Shown here one piece after another: positions 52,170 through 63,503 of a DNA stretch of 64,000 nt. Under the pieces are notes generated by a model, which saw only the letters and a list, made by a program, of their open reading frames with translations, was not told the origin of the DNA and ran no database searches. Where the stretch lies: the NCBI GenBank assembly GCA_035221665.1, contig CM069137.1:25234001-25298000 (forward strand). The letters run 5' to 3'. The stretch comes from Okamejei kenojei (taxonomy: Eukaryota). Position numbers and translations under genes: made by a program. Position 1 is the stretch's first letter, and each line of letters begins with the position of its first letter.

Positions 52170-52465
52170 TTAGCTTGCAACAGCCACGACACAGTGCTAG
52201 AGACCTGGTTTTGATCTTGACCATGGGTTCTATCTGTATGGAGTTTGTACATTCTCACTCTGACCGCATGGGTTTTTTCTATGTATTCCAGTTTCCTCCC
52301 ACCTTCCTAACATGTGCAGGTTTGTAGGTTAATTGGCTTCTATAAATTTCCCCTAGTGTGTAGGATGCAAAACTGGGATAACGTAGAACTACTGTACAGG
52401 TGGTCGTTGGTCAGCGCGGACTTCTTGTGTTGAAGGGGCTTTTTCTACACTGTATCTCTGTAAAT
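52170..52465 (+). mobile_element. HE1-type V-SINE, eroded 5' end
   Basis: GGAGTTTGTACATTCTC...TTTGTAGGTTAATTGGCTTC...CTGTATCTCT. Confidence 0.78.
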
Positions 52466-53517
52466 GGAAGCTTTCTATTACCTGAGGTATAATTCCAACC
52501 ATGTTTGTCCTTTGATGTTCACAGACCAGAGTGCCTTGATGGCACACAGTAAAATGCTGCATTGAGGGCAATAACTGCAGAATTCATGTTTGAGATGTAT
52601 GCTTGGACCAAGGCTGTGTTGAGACCTGGAGCTGTGTAATCATGGTAAGACCCAAACTGGGCATTGGTGAGTAGGTTATTGGAGAGTAAGTGCTACTTGA
52701 TAGCACTGTCCATAAGATAGGAAGCCAGTGGGACTAAATGCTACACAGTTGTACTCGTGAGGAGTTCACAACAGCAGCTGGCAGCCCAGGCTTGTGTCCA
52801 TCTCTGTGTTGACATTGGATCTCCAATATGGGCAGATCCTGGCATTGATGCTGAAATCAGGTTAGAAGAATAAGCCCATTATTTCACTTTCATTTAAAAA
52901 AATAGAATGAGCCTGTGTAAGTCAGCAAGTCAATGAATATCCCTGCAGAAATGGATAGGTGATGTTTCAGGTTGGGACCCTTCTGATTATTGATAGATGC
53001 TCTTGATTTCAACTTGTTTGGAAAGTTTTATACTTTATAGTGTAAATCAGACAATATGAATTGGCAGGTTAAAATAAAACCATGTCTTTATATCCAATAT
53101 CACTGTTGTACTAATATGCATTTCTGTTTGTGCATGCAAATACTGACTTATTTATAAATTTATTCTACGAGTTTATTTTCTCTTGACAAAATAGGCAATT
53201 CTGGACTATACTTACACTCGACATCATTTGAGATTAAAAATAATATAATATCTCTTGTCTTCGTCTCTTCTACCTTTATGATACTTTCATTTTCTCTACT
53301 CTGCATCTCAAGGCATGTTTACATTAATGGTGGTAGCTAAGTGAATGTACAGCATGTCAGGACAACCATCATTATTGAGTTAGTAGACCATAATTCCTGT
53401 TTGATATTCATAAATATGTCTCACTATCTGCTAATTTCATATGTCACTCTAGGAACTTAGTCCAATAGCTACAAAACGTGTGCTAATCTGCAGATACAAT
53501 TCAGCTAATCTGCACTT

Positions 53518-53717
53518 CACACAGACACAAGGAACTGCAGATGATGGAATATTGAGCAAAACACAAAGTGCTGGAGTAACTCAGCAGGTCAGGCAGCATC
53601 TCTGGAGAACATGGATACAGAATATGGTTTGAAGAAGGGTCCGACCCAAAATGTAGGCTATCCGTGTTCTTCAGAATTAATGTCTGATCTGCTGAGATAC
53701 CTCAGCACTTTTATGTG
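53518..53717. mobile_element. Penelope-derived fold-back mini-element; 8-bp TSD
   Basis: CTGCACTT at 53510-53517 and 53718-53725; inverted arms. Confidence 0.7.
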
Positions 53718-53786
53718 CTGCACTTATTAGGTCTCTACTTCTCAACAGAGCACACCAGTGCCTCTACCCATCACCTTATCACATGA

Positions 53787-54010
53787 GTAGGAGGGAACTG
53801 CAGATGAAGGTTTACACTGAAGATACATACAAAATGCTGGAGTTACTCAGCAGGACAGGCAGTATCTCTGGAGAGAATTAATGGGCGACATTTCGGCTTG
53901 AGACTCTTCTTCAGTCTGAAGAAGGGTCTCGACCCGAAGCATTGCCCATTCCTTCTCTTCAGAGATGCTGCTTGCCCCGTTGAGTTACTCTAGCATTTTG
54001 TGTCTACCTT
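53787..54010. mobile_element. Penelope-derived near-perfect fold-back element (two hammerhead-like cores back to back)
   Basis: Arms of about 95 bp centred on CTTCTTCAG-T-CTGAAGAAG (about 53906-53924). Confidence 0.85.
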
Positions 54011-55154
54011 ACTACATATGCTGCCATCTCTGTTGAATCCTAGTGCTTTCCAGTAGCTTCAGATACAATTCAGCTGGTTGCAGTTTCTGTTCGGATCAGG
54101 TATTGCCAATTATAGTTGCCTACTGGTTTAATCCAGCTCTGTACATTTGTTTATTGTGAGTCAATTGCAGCTCCAGTCAGATACTAGAATTCACACTATT
54201 CCTTGAATGTCTAATGAAATATCAATGCTCCTCAAAACTTGTACAAGATGTAAAATAATTCAGCAGATATAAAATGTGTGCATTCATTAAAGGAGTAGAT
54301 CCAAGTTTACAGAATCAAATTGGCCCATCTTGCCGTCAAGATAATCTTACAGTAATTACTTCAGCAGCAAGAACAAATAAGAAAAAATTCCCATGTAGGG
54401 TCAGTCTACAAAATCATTTTATGTAGAATTATTGCTAAGTGTCTGCTTTTGAATGTTGTCCTGATGCACCATATAGCTGCAATGCATAGTTATGGTCACT
54501 TTCTGCTTATTGCTGTCATCTTACTTAATAAAGCCAAACGATCATATCATTTCTTATCAAAATAGTGAAGTCTTCTGAAAGAAAAATAAGCAACTGAAAC
54601 TAAATGCTTACGCTGAGAAAACAGTCTAAAAACTGCTGATGTTAATAGGATCCTTACCAGTTCCTGCATTTGGAATGCAAGCCTTAGATGTTAATGTAAT
54701 AATGCATTCCTTTTTCTGAACTGTTCCACTGGACAATGCCATATGTTGAATCCAAAAGTTTAACAGCACAGCTGAATCCAGATCTTCTCAGCAGGATAAT
54801 CAGCTGAGTGTGGGAGGGGCACTCTGTGTTTGCCAATTTGAAAATATAGGCCTGTATTCCAAGTTAACAACTGTTGTAAATTATTGTTTGCAATAATGAC
54901 TGAAAATGTAAAAAGCTGCAAGATTTAGAAGCCATGTCTTTGTTTTTAGTAGAGCTTTTTTTTTGGCTGAATAAGACAATAGATGTGGGTCCGCTCCATC
55001 TCATTCTGAGGTAGAGAGCAGGAAATTTCTCTTGAACTCTTGTGCAAATATCCTTTAACCAAAACGGTAAAACTACGATAATCCAGCACTCACAGGCCTG
55101 AGATATTGGTGGACCAGCAGATATCCTGAGTTAGCCCTATTAATGCCCAAACAC

Positions 55155-55215
<61 letters not shown>
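55155..55215. repeat. (TTA)n microsatellite, about 20 units
   Basis: Perfect trinucleotide run. Confidence 0.97.
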
Positions 55216-55978
55216 TTATAATAATGCTATCATAATAATGCTAATTATTTAAACATATTACACAATAGGAAGTGGAATATATACAAGCTCTCTGAACTGT
55301 GAATCCAGTTGCAAAATCACCCATTTTCTTGATCCCTGATGTACTGGACCCCAACCCCAACTCCAGTTCCTATTGTTCTCTGGCCCACAGTCCATAACCC
55401 ATACCCTGAAGCTCTGGCTCTGGCAGCACTCCACGCTTACCCTCTAAACTCATAGTCTAGATAAATGAGTGAACCAGATGCAGCACCATCAGGCTTCCCG
55501 AACAATCAGTTGCTAGGTCAGTGTACTACCAAAATAATCTTAGTACTTATCTCTGTGCTTTCTGCATTTTTATTTTCATAAAGCAGACCTTGAATCATTA
55601 TTATATGCTTTGTATCTGGAAGGCATCATATAAATGAAAATTCTTTCTTTCTTGCAAGGGAACATAAAAAAAGCTTCCTGATTGCCTTTTTGCAAACTGG
55701 TAGCCGCCTTAGTTTCAGGGATGCGAGTGCAAAATCCCTCTATTAATAGCACCATAATTCTACGGTAGTAGTTTCTACATTTAATCTCTTCCACCATGTA
55801 TTTTGAAAGAATGCATTTAACATATTGCTAAAGCAGAAACGATCAGATGGAACCTTTCGCCTGCAGTTTTAAGTGCTAGAAGACCAGAATTTTATACTTC
55901 TAGTAAAGGGAATCAAAACTACAGAAGGAATCTTGCATATTAAAATAAATAATAAATAATATTTTTTTGTGTGCTTAC

Positions 55979-56084
55979 TTTTGTAAATGTGTAACGAGAA
56001 CGCTCAAGGTATCGTGGTTAGGTTTTGGAAGTTTCTTCACCAGTTTTGCAACACACTGAACACGTTGATCGTAATCCTGATTTT
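55979..56084 (-). CDS. ARHGAP15: Rho GTPase-activating protein 15, penultimate coding exon (106 bp)
   Basis: Acceptor TTTTCACCCAACAG| and donor |GTAAGC. Encodes xNQDYDQRVQCVAKLVKKLPKPNHDTLSVLVTHLQ(K), with the RhoGAP LPxxNxxTLxxLxxHL motif. The terminal AA plus G of the last exon gives AAG and keeps the frame. Confidence 0.9.
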
Positions 56085-56784
56085 CTGTTGGGTGAAAATG
56101 ACTACAGTTAGGACACGAGTTGAATACCATTATTTTTCCTCAGCTGGTTTCTCGTGACACATTTATTGCATTCTGATACATTTGTGACAGTGACAGCTGA
56201 GTAAAGATACTACAATAAGAGAGAAACTGAATGCATTTTTAGTTCTTTTAACTAAACAATTGTTCACTTAATACAAGAGATTCATGACAGTGATGGAAGG
56301 CAGGCATGACCCAGATTGCCATCTGAGTTTTCTACAGTTCTGTTTCTGAATCTTTAAAATCAAACAGTAGGTCTAATGAAATACATCAGCATGGAAAGAA
56401 ACATCTAAAATACAGAGGTTTTTGAGTTCAAGGTAGCAGAGATAATTCATTTTAATTGGTTTATCAGATACAACATATCATAAGATGTTAACCTGTTAAT
56501 CACAGCTCTGAATCTTAGAGTTGTACGGCAGAAATTACTGCCAATAGCATGAGTGTATATTGGCCTAACATTCCAGCACCAAGTTTCACTAGTTTAAAGA
56601 GGTTAAAGCATTTATTTCATGCTGGGATTAAAATAGAATTAGATACACATGCTTTAAATTTATCTGATAGGCCTGGAATTTCCTGGAATATTTTTGCCAT
56701 TATTAAGCTGCAAGAACATTGTAGCACATTTTCGCTGGGTTGAGAAATTTGCATGACTTTCTTCAGTTTAAACAGAACAATCGG

Positions 56785-57190
56785 TGAGTCATAGAGTTGA
56801 ACAGCACAAAAACAGGCCCTTTGGACAACCACATCCATGCTAACTCTTTTACCCATCTACATCAATCGCATTTGCCTATACGAGGCCCAAACCCTCCCAG
56901 AGACACAAAATGCTGGAGTAACTCAACAGGACGGGCAGCATCTCTGGACAGAAGGAATGGGTGATGTTTCGGATCGAGATCCTCCTTCAGCACTTTGTGT
57001 CTATCATCAGTGTAAACCAGAGTCTGGAGTTCCTTCCTACACCAAACTTTCCATGTCTCGTCAATTTATTTGCCCATAAATATACCTCTTAAACTTCATA
57101 GTTGTATCTGATTCCAGCACGCTCCCTGGCCGTGGTTTCCAGACATCAACTATTTTCTGGGTAACATTCCATACAAATACTTTTAAAAAC
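56785..57190 (-). mobile_element. CR1 3' fragment with a nested Penelope-derived element (about 56900-57041)
   Basis: GAGTCATAGAG tail and CAGGCCCTTTGG stem; family motifs GCTGGAGTAACTC and TTCCTTCCTACAC inside. Confidence 0.65.
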
Positions 57191-57649
57191 TCCTTCTGTA
57201 AAAAAATCTGCCAGGGCTGCAGTTCCTCCTTTGCTTATCATATGAATCAAGGATAGATCTCATCTAGCCTTTTGGATTTATTGGCTATTATGCGCCCCGT
57301 AACCTTTGCTTCTACTTAATATGAACCCACTCTAAATTATCTATGTACTATTCTCTGAACTCACCACCTTCCATGTCCTTCCACATGGTGAATACAAATG
57401 AGAAATATTCATTTAGATCCTAACCCACATTTTCTGAAGCCATAAACAAATTCCCCCTTTGTTACTATGAGGACCTGCTATTTCCCTAATCCTTACAGAA
57501 TGTCTCCTTAATCTTGCTTGCCAAGGATATTTCCTGGCCCCATTTTGCCCTTCCAAATTTGTTCTTAAGTTCTCTATACACACTCTATATATCTTAAGAG
57601 ACACTCTTAATCCCCTTTGCCATGTTTCCTTTTTTCTTATTTGATCATA

Positions 57650-58620
57650 TCCGGAAGTGGCGGCGCTGCCTGGCAGCTGCGGCTCGCCTGCAGTCCGTCT
57701 GTTTTTTTCTTTTTGTTGTTGTTTTTCTTATGTCTGTTTTAGTTTAGTTTAGTTTAGTTAGTTTATTAGGTTGTGTAAGTGTGGGGGGGGGGAGAAACAT
57801 GGTTTAGTCTCTTCCTTCGGGGGGATACGACCTTTTCTTGTCGTGTCCCCTGTCTCCATCTGCGCTGTGGCCTAATGGCGGAGCTGACGGCCTCGGGGCT
57901 GTGGCGGCAGTTCCGGCAGCGGCAGTGGCCCGACCTGGCAGCAGCCCGACTTGGAGCCGTGGCGGCACTCCAGCGTTCCAGCAGCGGCCCGACTTGGAGC
58001 TGTGGCGGTGTTCTGGCGTTCCGGTAGCGGCCCGACTTGGAGCCGTGGCCCGACTTGGAGCTGTGGTGGTGTTCTGGCGTTCCGGTAGCGGCAGCGGCCC
58101 GACTTGGAGCTGTGGCGGTGTTCTGCCGTTTCTGCGGCGGTGGCTGCGCGGCTTCAGAGGCCCGGCCGCGGGCCCAGTGGACGACATCGTCGGGAGCTCG
58201 CAGGTCACAGGCCGGTGACCTGTTTTTCCGGAGCTCCCGCAACAACAGCTGCGTCCGCTGGTCTGGAGGGCAGCAGCTTCGGCAGCTTTGACCACCCCGG
58301 GCCGCGGAGTTGAACCAGCCCGTTCGCGGAGCTGGATTCAGCCACGGGACTGACTCGCTTACCAACACCCGGCGGGGTCACAATATCGGAGGCCTGGATC
58401 GCCTCAGCGCAGAGGGAGAACAAGGAGGGAAGAGACAAAGACTAAGACTTTTGCCTTCCATCACAGTGAGGAGGTGTTTGGTGAACTCACTGTGGTGGAT
58501 GTTACATTTGTGTTTATTGTGTGTTTTTGTTACTTTTATTATATGTATGACTGCAGGCACGAAATTTCGTTCAGACCGAAAGGTCTGAATGACAATAAAG
58601 GTAATCTAATCTAAATCTAA
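57650..58620 (+). mobile_element. GC-rich non-autonomous retroelement (about 970 bp) with internal tandem repeats and LINE-type 3' tail
   Basis: CpG-rich body, GGCCCGACTTGGAGC repeats, 3' hairpin + TGACAATAAA + (ATCTAA)n tail; candidate TSD ATCATA at 57644-57649 and 58621-58626. Confidence 0.65.
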
Positions 58621-58626
58621 ATCATA

Positions 58627-59338
58627 GACTATATAGACAATTGACATTAGGTGCAGGAGTAAGCCATTTGGCCCTTCGAGTCAGCACCGCCATTCAGTGT
58701 GATCATGTCTGATCATCCATAATCAGTACCCTGTTCCTGCCTTCTCCCCATATCCCTTGACTACACTATCTTTAAGAGCTCTATCTAACTCTCTCTTGAA
58801 AGCCTCCAGAGAATTGGCCTCCACTGCTTTTTCAGGCAGAGAACTCTACAGATTCACAATTCTGTAGATCAACCATATTAATCTCCGTCAATATAACCTT
58901 CACCACGTATATATTATGCATGATACACATTCCACCAAGTAATCCAGTCCGGGATTTGAGTAGGAATGCAGCCACTGATAACAGCCTGCTCGTCTCTTAG
59001 TTTGGTAGTCTGTAAGATGATGCAATGAGTGTAACAGTATGTATTGTTCTCTCTGCATGGGTTTTAATAAATGCTTTGTGGTTCACCTAATACTTTATAA
59101 TGGTTTGATTACAAAACAAACTCTCTGTATGATAAAGTTTTTCCTCATCTCCGTTCTAATTGGCTTACTCCTTATTATTAAACTGTGGCCCCTGGTTCTG
59201 GACTCTCCCAACATTGGGAACATGTTTCCTGCCTCTAGCATGTCCAAACCCTTAATAATGTTATATGTTTCAATAAGATATCCTCTCATCCTTCTAAATT
59301 CCGGAGTATACAAGCCCAGCCACTCCATTCTATCAACC
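58627..59338 (-). mobile_element. CR1/HER1 LINE 3' fragment split by a solo LTR
   Basis: LGLYTPEFRRMRGYLIETYNIIKGLDMLEAGNMFPMLGESRTRGHSL; terminal GGTGCAGGAGTAAGCCATTTGGCCC. Confidence 0.85.
58863..59118 (+). mobile_element. Solo LTR (256 bp)
   Basis: TGT...ACA termini, internal AATAAA (about 59066), 5-bp TSD AATTC/AACTC (58858-58862, 59119-59123); cleanly interrupts the CR1. Confidence 0.7.
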
Positions 59339-61199
59339 AATGATCTTATACTCCACCTTCCTTTTCCAGTAGAATCCATCATCTGCAGTCATCCATCATC
59401 TGCAGTTCTCATCATGGCCAATCCTTTGCTGTTATCATCACCCCTCTTTCCCCACTTAAATCCATCCACCAAACCACCCCTCCTCAAGTGGATCCATCCA
59501 TATGCCAGCTCCTGCCTACCTCACTCACCCCTTTTTCACTAGCTATTTCCTCCTCCCCACTTCCCCCCAGGTGGGGGGAAGTGGGAAGCAAAGAACAATT
59601 TACAATGCATCTTGCAGTAACTCCAGTTTATCCTGGCTGCTTGTAATGCAGTTACCTGTTATGTGCTGACATTTATCAAAATAATTTAACGGCATTGGTC
59701 ATTTGCAGTAAAGGTACTTTATCTTGATAAGAACTCAGTATGAATTATAGTTTGCAGCTAGGTAGAAAATTGTGCTTTCTGGATACCTTTTTTTGTTATA
59801 AATCACCCAGTCACAACACTCTGTTCTTTCGTACAAACCTGCTGAGACTAGTTTTTCTGACACCATTTTCATGCTTCCTGGAAAACTTTCAACTACTTCA
59901 GCTAATGGTAAATAGACCATTATTTTTAAAGATGTTACCTCAGCAGCTCACCGCTGAATATAATGAAGTGTTTGTGTTAAAGGGGGAGAACACTTTGGGC
60001 TTCCTATTCAGAATGAGAAAAAGGAAGCTTTCACAGTTTAAATCTACATCCTTTCCTTCAAGCACGTTATCCTTTTTTCCGGCTTTTAATAAACTCCTTT
60101 GAAGTTAGTAATAAATTAAAAAAACAACATCCTATTTTAATTTATTCGATTTTAAATCTATAATTTTCTTTTTTTTTTTGCAAACCAATGAGTCGATATT
60201 TTATGTCAATCTAGCACACAATAGCTGTTACATGAATAAATGTGATTATTTGATATTTCGCTGAAATACTCAGGTCAGTGCGAGCAGTATTAAGAGTTTT
60301 CTTTGTTAAATGCGATGCATTTTCATGCGGAAAAATCATCCCATTTTCTTATGTAATCTAACCTCCTTTCTTTAACTTCTTTGCCTTATATTCTTACAGA
60401 TGAAAAGATGGGTTTGTGGCTTAATCCCATGCCTTTTCCCTTAGGGGAAACTACAAAAAGACAGAGGAATGTCCATTTAATTTCCTGCGATATGACGTTC
60501 TTTCCCCATCCTGGAGTCAGCAATTTGCATCATTCTACTCAACATGGCTTAGATGAGGTAACTAACTGCGACACCAACTAAAGCCAGCAGTACAAAGGGT
60601 TAAGGTTGTTCAGTACTGGAGTTTTGTTTTAAAGCAATCAGATCATAATACATAAGGGTTATGCAATAGCACCCCTTTTTTCGGATTTCATGATTATCAG
60701 TGGAACAAATTTCGCTGAAACTATGGAATTATAGGGACCAACTTTTTTTCTCTAATTAAATTCACAATTTGCATTTCAACAATTAGGCTATAAGTAAACT
60801 TAATATATGTTCATTTATAACAGATGGATTATGTGATCTTAAAAATGACAATCCTGGTTACATATCATTCCAATTTTGTGTCAGAATAATATATTATGGA
60901 TTACATGGTGAGTGCTCCAGTCCCATTAAAATGATATCCTTCTTGACTTACAATGAGCAACAGCATAGGAGATCCATTGCAGCTTTTCAAAGTTATACAA
61001 TGATATCAAATCTATTATGGAGTGGACTAATACTATCAATCCTAATGGGCATTTACTATACCTTCACAGAAATCACCTAGCTGAAACAGAACTCAAATGG
61101 TTGAGGACAATTTATTAAATGAGGTGTTAAACCTGGAATATCCTAACACAAATTATACTTTGATAGCACGGTGTTTGGTGTCGATGGAAGAATGAGTTA

Positions 61200-61922
61200 A
61201 CATTCTTGCACAAACCTCATGATACCCCAAACTGCTTCAGTTCAATGATACATTCGGAAACACCGTTGCATCTTCGTACTTTTGTACCATCGGAGAAACA
61301 TCAGCTCACTTGCACAAAGCAGTGGTAATGATCAGGAAAGATTTCTTTCAAGTCTTTGGACAATTATATATTGGAGAATTGCTATGCTTTCCTTCAGTAA
61401 TACCATGGGAACTCCCGTCCTCCAACATTTTGTGTAATTTCTGATAAATATTCAGCATTTCGTTTATTTGTAATATATCTTGATTAGTACAGGTCAGAGG
61501 TTGTGGGGAGAGGGCAGGAGAATGGGGTTGGGAGGGAGAGATAGATCATCCATGATTGAATGACAGAGTGGAATTTTACACCTGTCCCTTATGACCTTAT
61601 GATTTGCATCTCATTCCTTTAATTTTTCCCACTTTTCATCTGTTTAACGAACTTGCCTTCCCTGGTTCCGATGATAGGTCAAAGACCTGAAACTTAGTTC
61701 AGTCCCTCTCTTTCTCTCTCTCTCCAGATGCTCCTTGACATCCAGCATTTATTGTTTTGTTTATGTGTGAAGTCAGGGAGTTGGTTTAACACGCTGTCTG
61801 AAAAAGAAAAAATCTCTTGCCTTCGAAATGCACTAAAATATCAGTCTGGACGATGTACTTTCATCCCTGGATTTCAACCTGTGGCCTCTTGACTCAGAGG
61901 CAAGAGTGCCAGCATTGAGCCT
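61200..61922 (-). mobile_element. Degenerate DeuSINE interrupted by CR1 (about 61490-61600) and an old Penelope-type fragment (about 61665-61755)
   Basis: Head TGACTCAGAGGCAAGAGTGC...TGAGCC; Deu core remnant TAATACCATGGGA. Confidence 0.55.
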
Positions 61923-63503
61923 GGGTCAATTCCTCAGTATACTGTACATGTTAAATTTTAACATGGTTGTGAAGGTGATTAATAACAGTGGTGTTTTAAA
62001 AAATAATAATTATTTCAGTTGCACAATGCTCTGGTTAATTATATATCTGAGATCTGTTATTGCAAGCTGCAGGTTAAATGACTCAAGTGAATACAATTGT
62101 TCATGAGAGAATGTGATGTTTGTAATTGTGAATTAGTGTTCGACAGGCACGACTCCAAGGCAATATAAAGTCAAATGCAGTTAGCTCGAGTTTTTTTTTT
62201 TTGGCCTACCATATTAACTAAAAACAACAGTTGGTGGAATCTTTGCAGAATGTACTTAGCTTTTTCTCGGATGCCTTTGCGCATAGCTTTTATGTGCAAT
62301 TTGCGCATAAAAGCCAATTTGTTCACATTTAATTGTGCTAGTCATCATTTCTAGACCAATTATTGACCAAGAGGAAATGGGCCCAGCTTTTCCAGAAACG
62401 ATTCTCATTAGTGCACTGTAAGTTTACCCGGGGTCAGAAGCTCAACCAAAGATGTTATCTGGTATGCCGTGGACATTTCTGATTTCAGTTGTGGAAATTG
62501 ACTGTCAAAGCTGCCTCTTAAAGCTTGCACACAATGCACAAATTGAAGGAGCCACCATTTTAGCCACACTCATTTTTCTGCACTTTTCTATTCACGACCG
62601 TCACTAACAACGACAGCAGCATCTCTATATTATGCATCTCAGTGCAAGATGATGTGATCAGCCTGAGCCTCTCAGCAAGTGTGTGGACTATTACAAGATC
62701 ACATCTGATGTCCCCCTTCACCACCATTTTTCATCAAGTCTCTGACCACATTTCACATTGATGTACTCACTATTTATGCTCAGCTTGGAAATGACACATC
62801 AACTTTGTTCTTCTTGTGCATTTACCACGAGGAACCATGCAAATTAATGATTTATTTCAATGGGTTTTTCACTAGATTTTCTTTTGTACGTCATTGATTG
62901 GATTGAATGTAGGTTCCCAACTAAAACACAAAGATGGTGAACTTCATTTTCTAGAAATGTGTGTTTATTTCAACTATTGCTACATCATTTTTTTAATATT
63001 GCTGATCATTACTGACTGTTTCTAGTGGTTCTATTGGATATTGCTTAGATGTGACCCACTGGTATTTTTTTCCTCTTCAAAAGTAGCCATTGGTTACAAC
63101 AGCTATTTCTACTTCGGGGATCAGCAATCCCTGCATTTTATTTATACATTTCCGTTAAGGATGTCAGAATAGAACAGCATCATGCTCGGCAAGGATACTG
63201 TGGGCTGAAGGACCTGCTCCTCTGCTGCACCGTGCTATGTTCTAAATCGTGAAGCCCTTTGATCACAAGAATCACCATTATCGTACTTGCTGAGATCATT
63301 AATGCAAACAAAAGCAGGAATTCAATGCAGCATCTTTCTGATCTGCATAAATATGTTCCACATATGGTGACAATGGGATTAATTATATTGCTCGTTAGTT
63401 ATCGTGCATGTAACAAAGCATTCTGTATGTATATATCTGCATGGCAACACAGAATGTGTCGGAGGTCAGATGTGACTGACAAATAACTCAGCACTGAGTC
63501 TAA

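Larger units (their letters stand above)
51000..52750 (-). mobile_element. Old CR1/L2-type LINE remnant interrupted by two SINEs
   Basis: TCCCAGGATTT...ATTTCCAAGTCA; FSYFINDLSSIISSGVKLFIDDCT (RT FxDD-like) in ORF 51880-52224. Confidence 0.55.

Noticed and set aside
57925-58125. CRISPR-like array of GGCCCGACTTGGAGC repeats
   Set aside because: Spacers are related to each other, spacing is irregular, the context is eukaryotic and there are no cas genes; it is a minisatellite.
57766-58588. Multiple overlapping 60-200 aa ORFs
   Set aside because: Expected in GC-rich tandem repeats on both strands; no recognisable domain.
60900-60945. Minus-strand peptide HFNGTGALTM resembling the IHVVTGALKM motif of the preceding ARHGAP15 exon
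   Set aside because: Immediate stop codon, no FFRELPEPL continuation and no fitting splice sites; the true exon is presumably outside the window.
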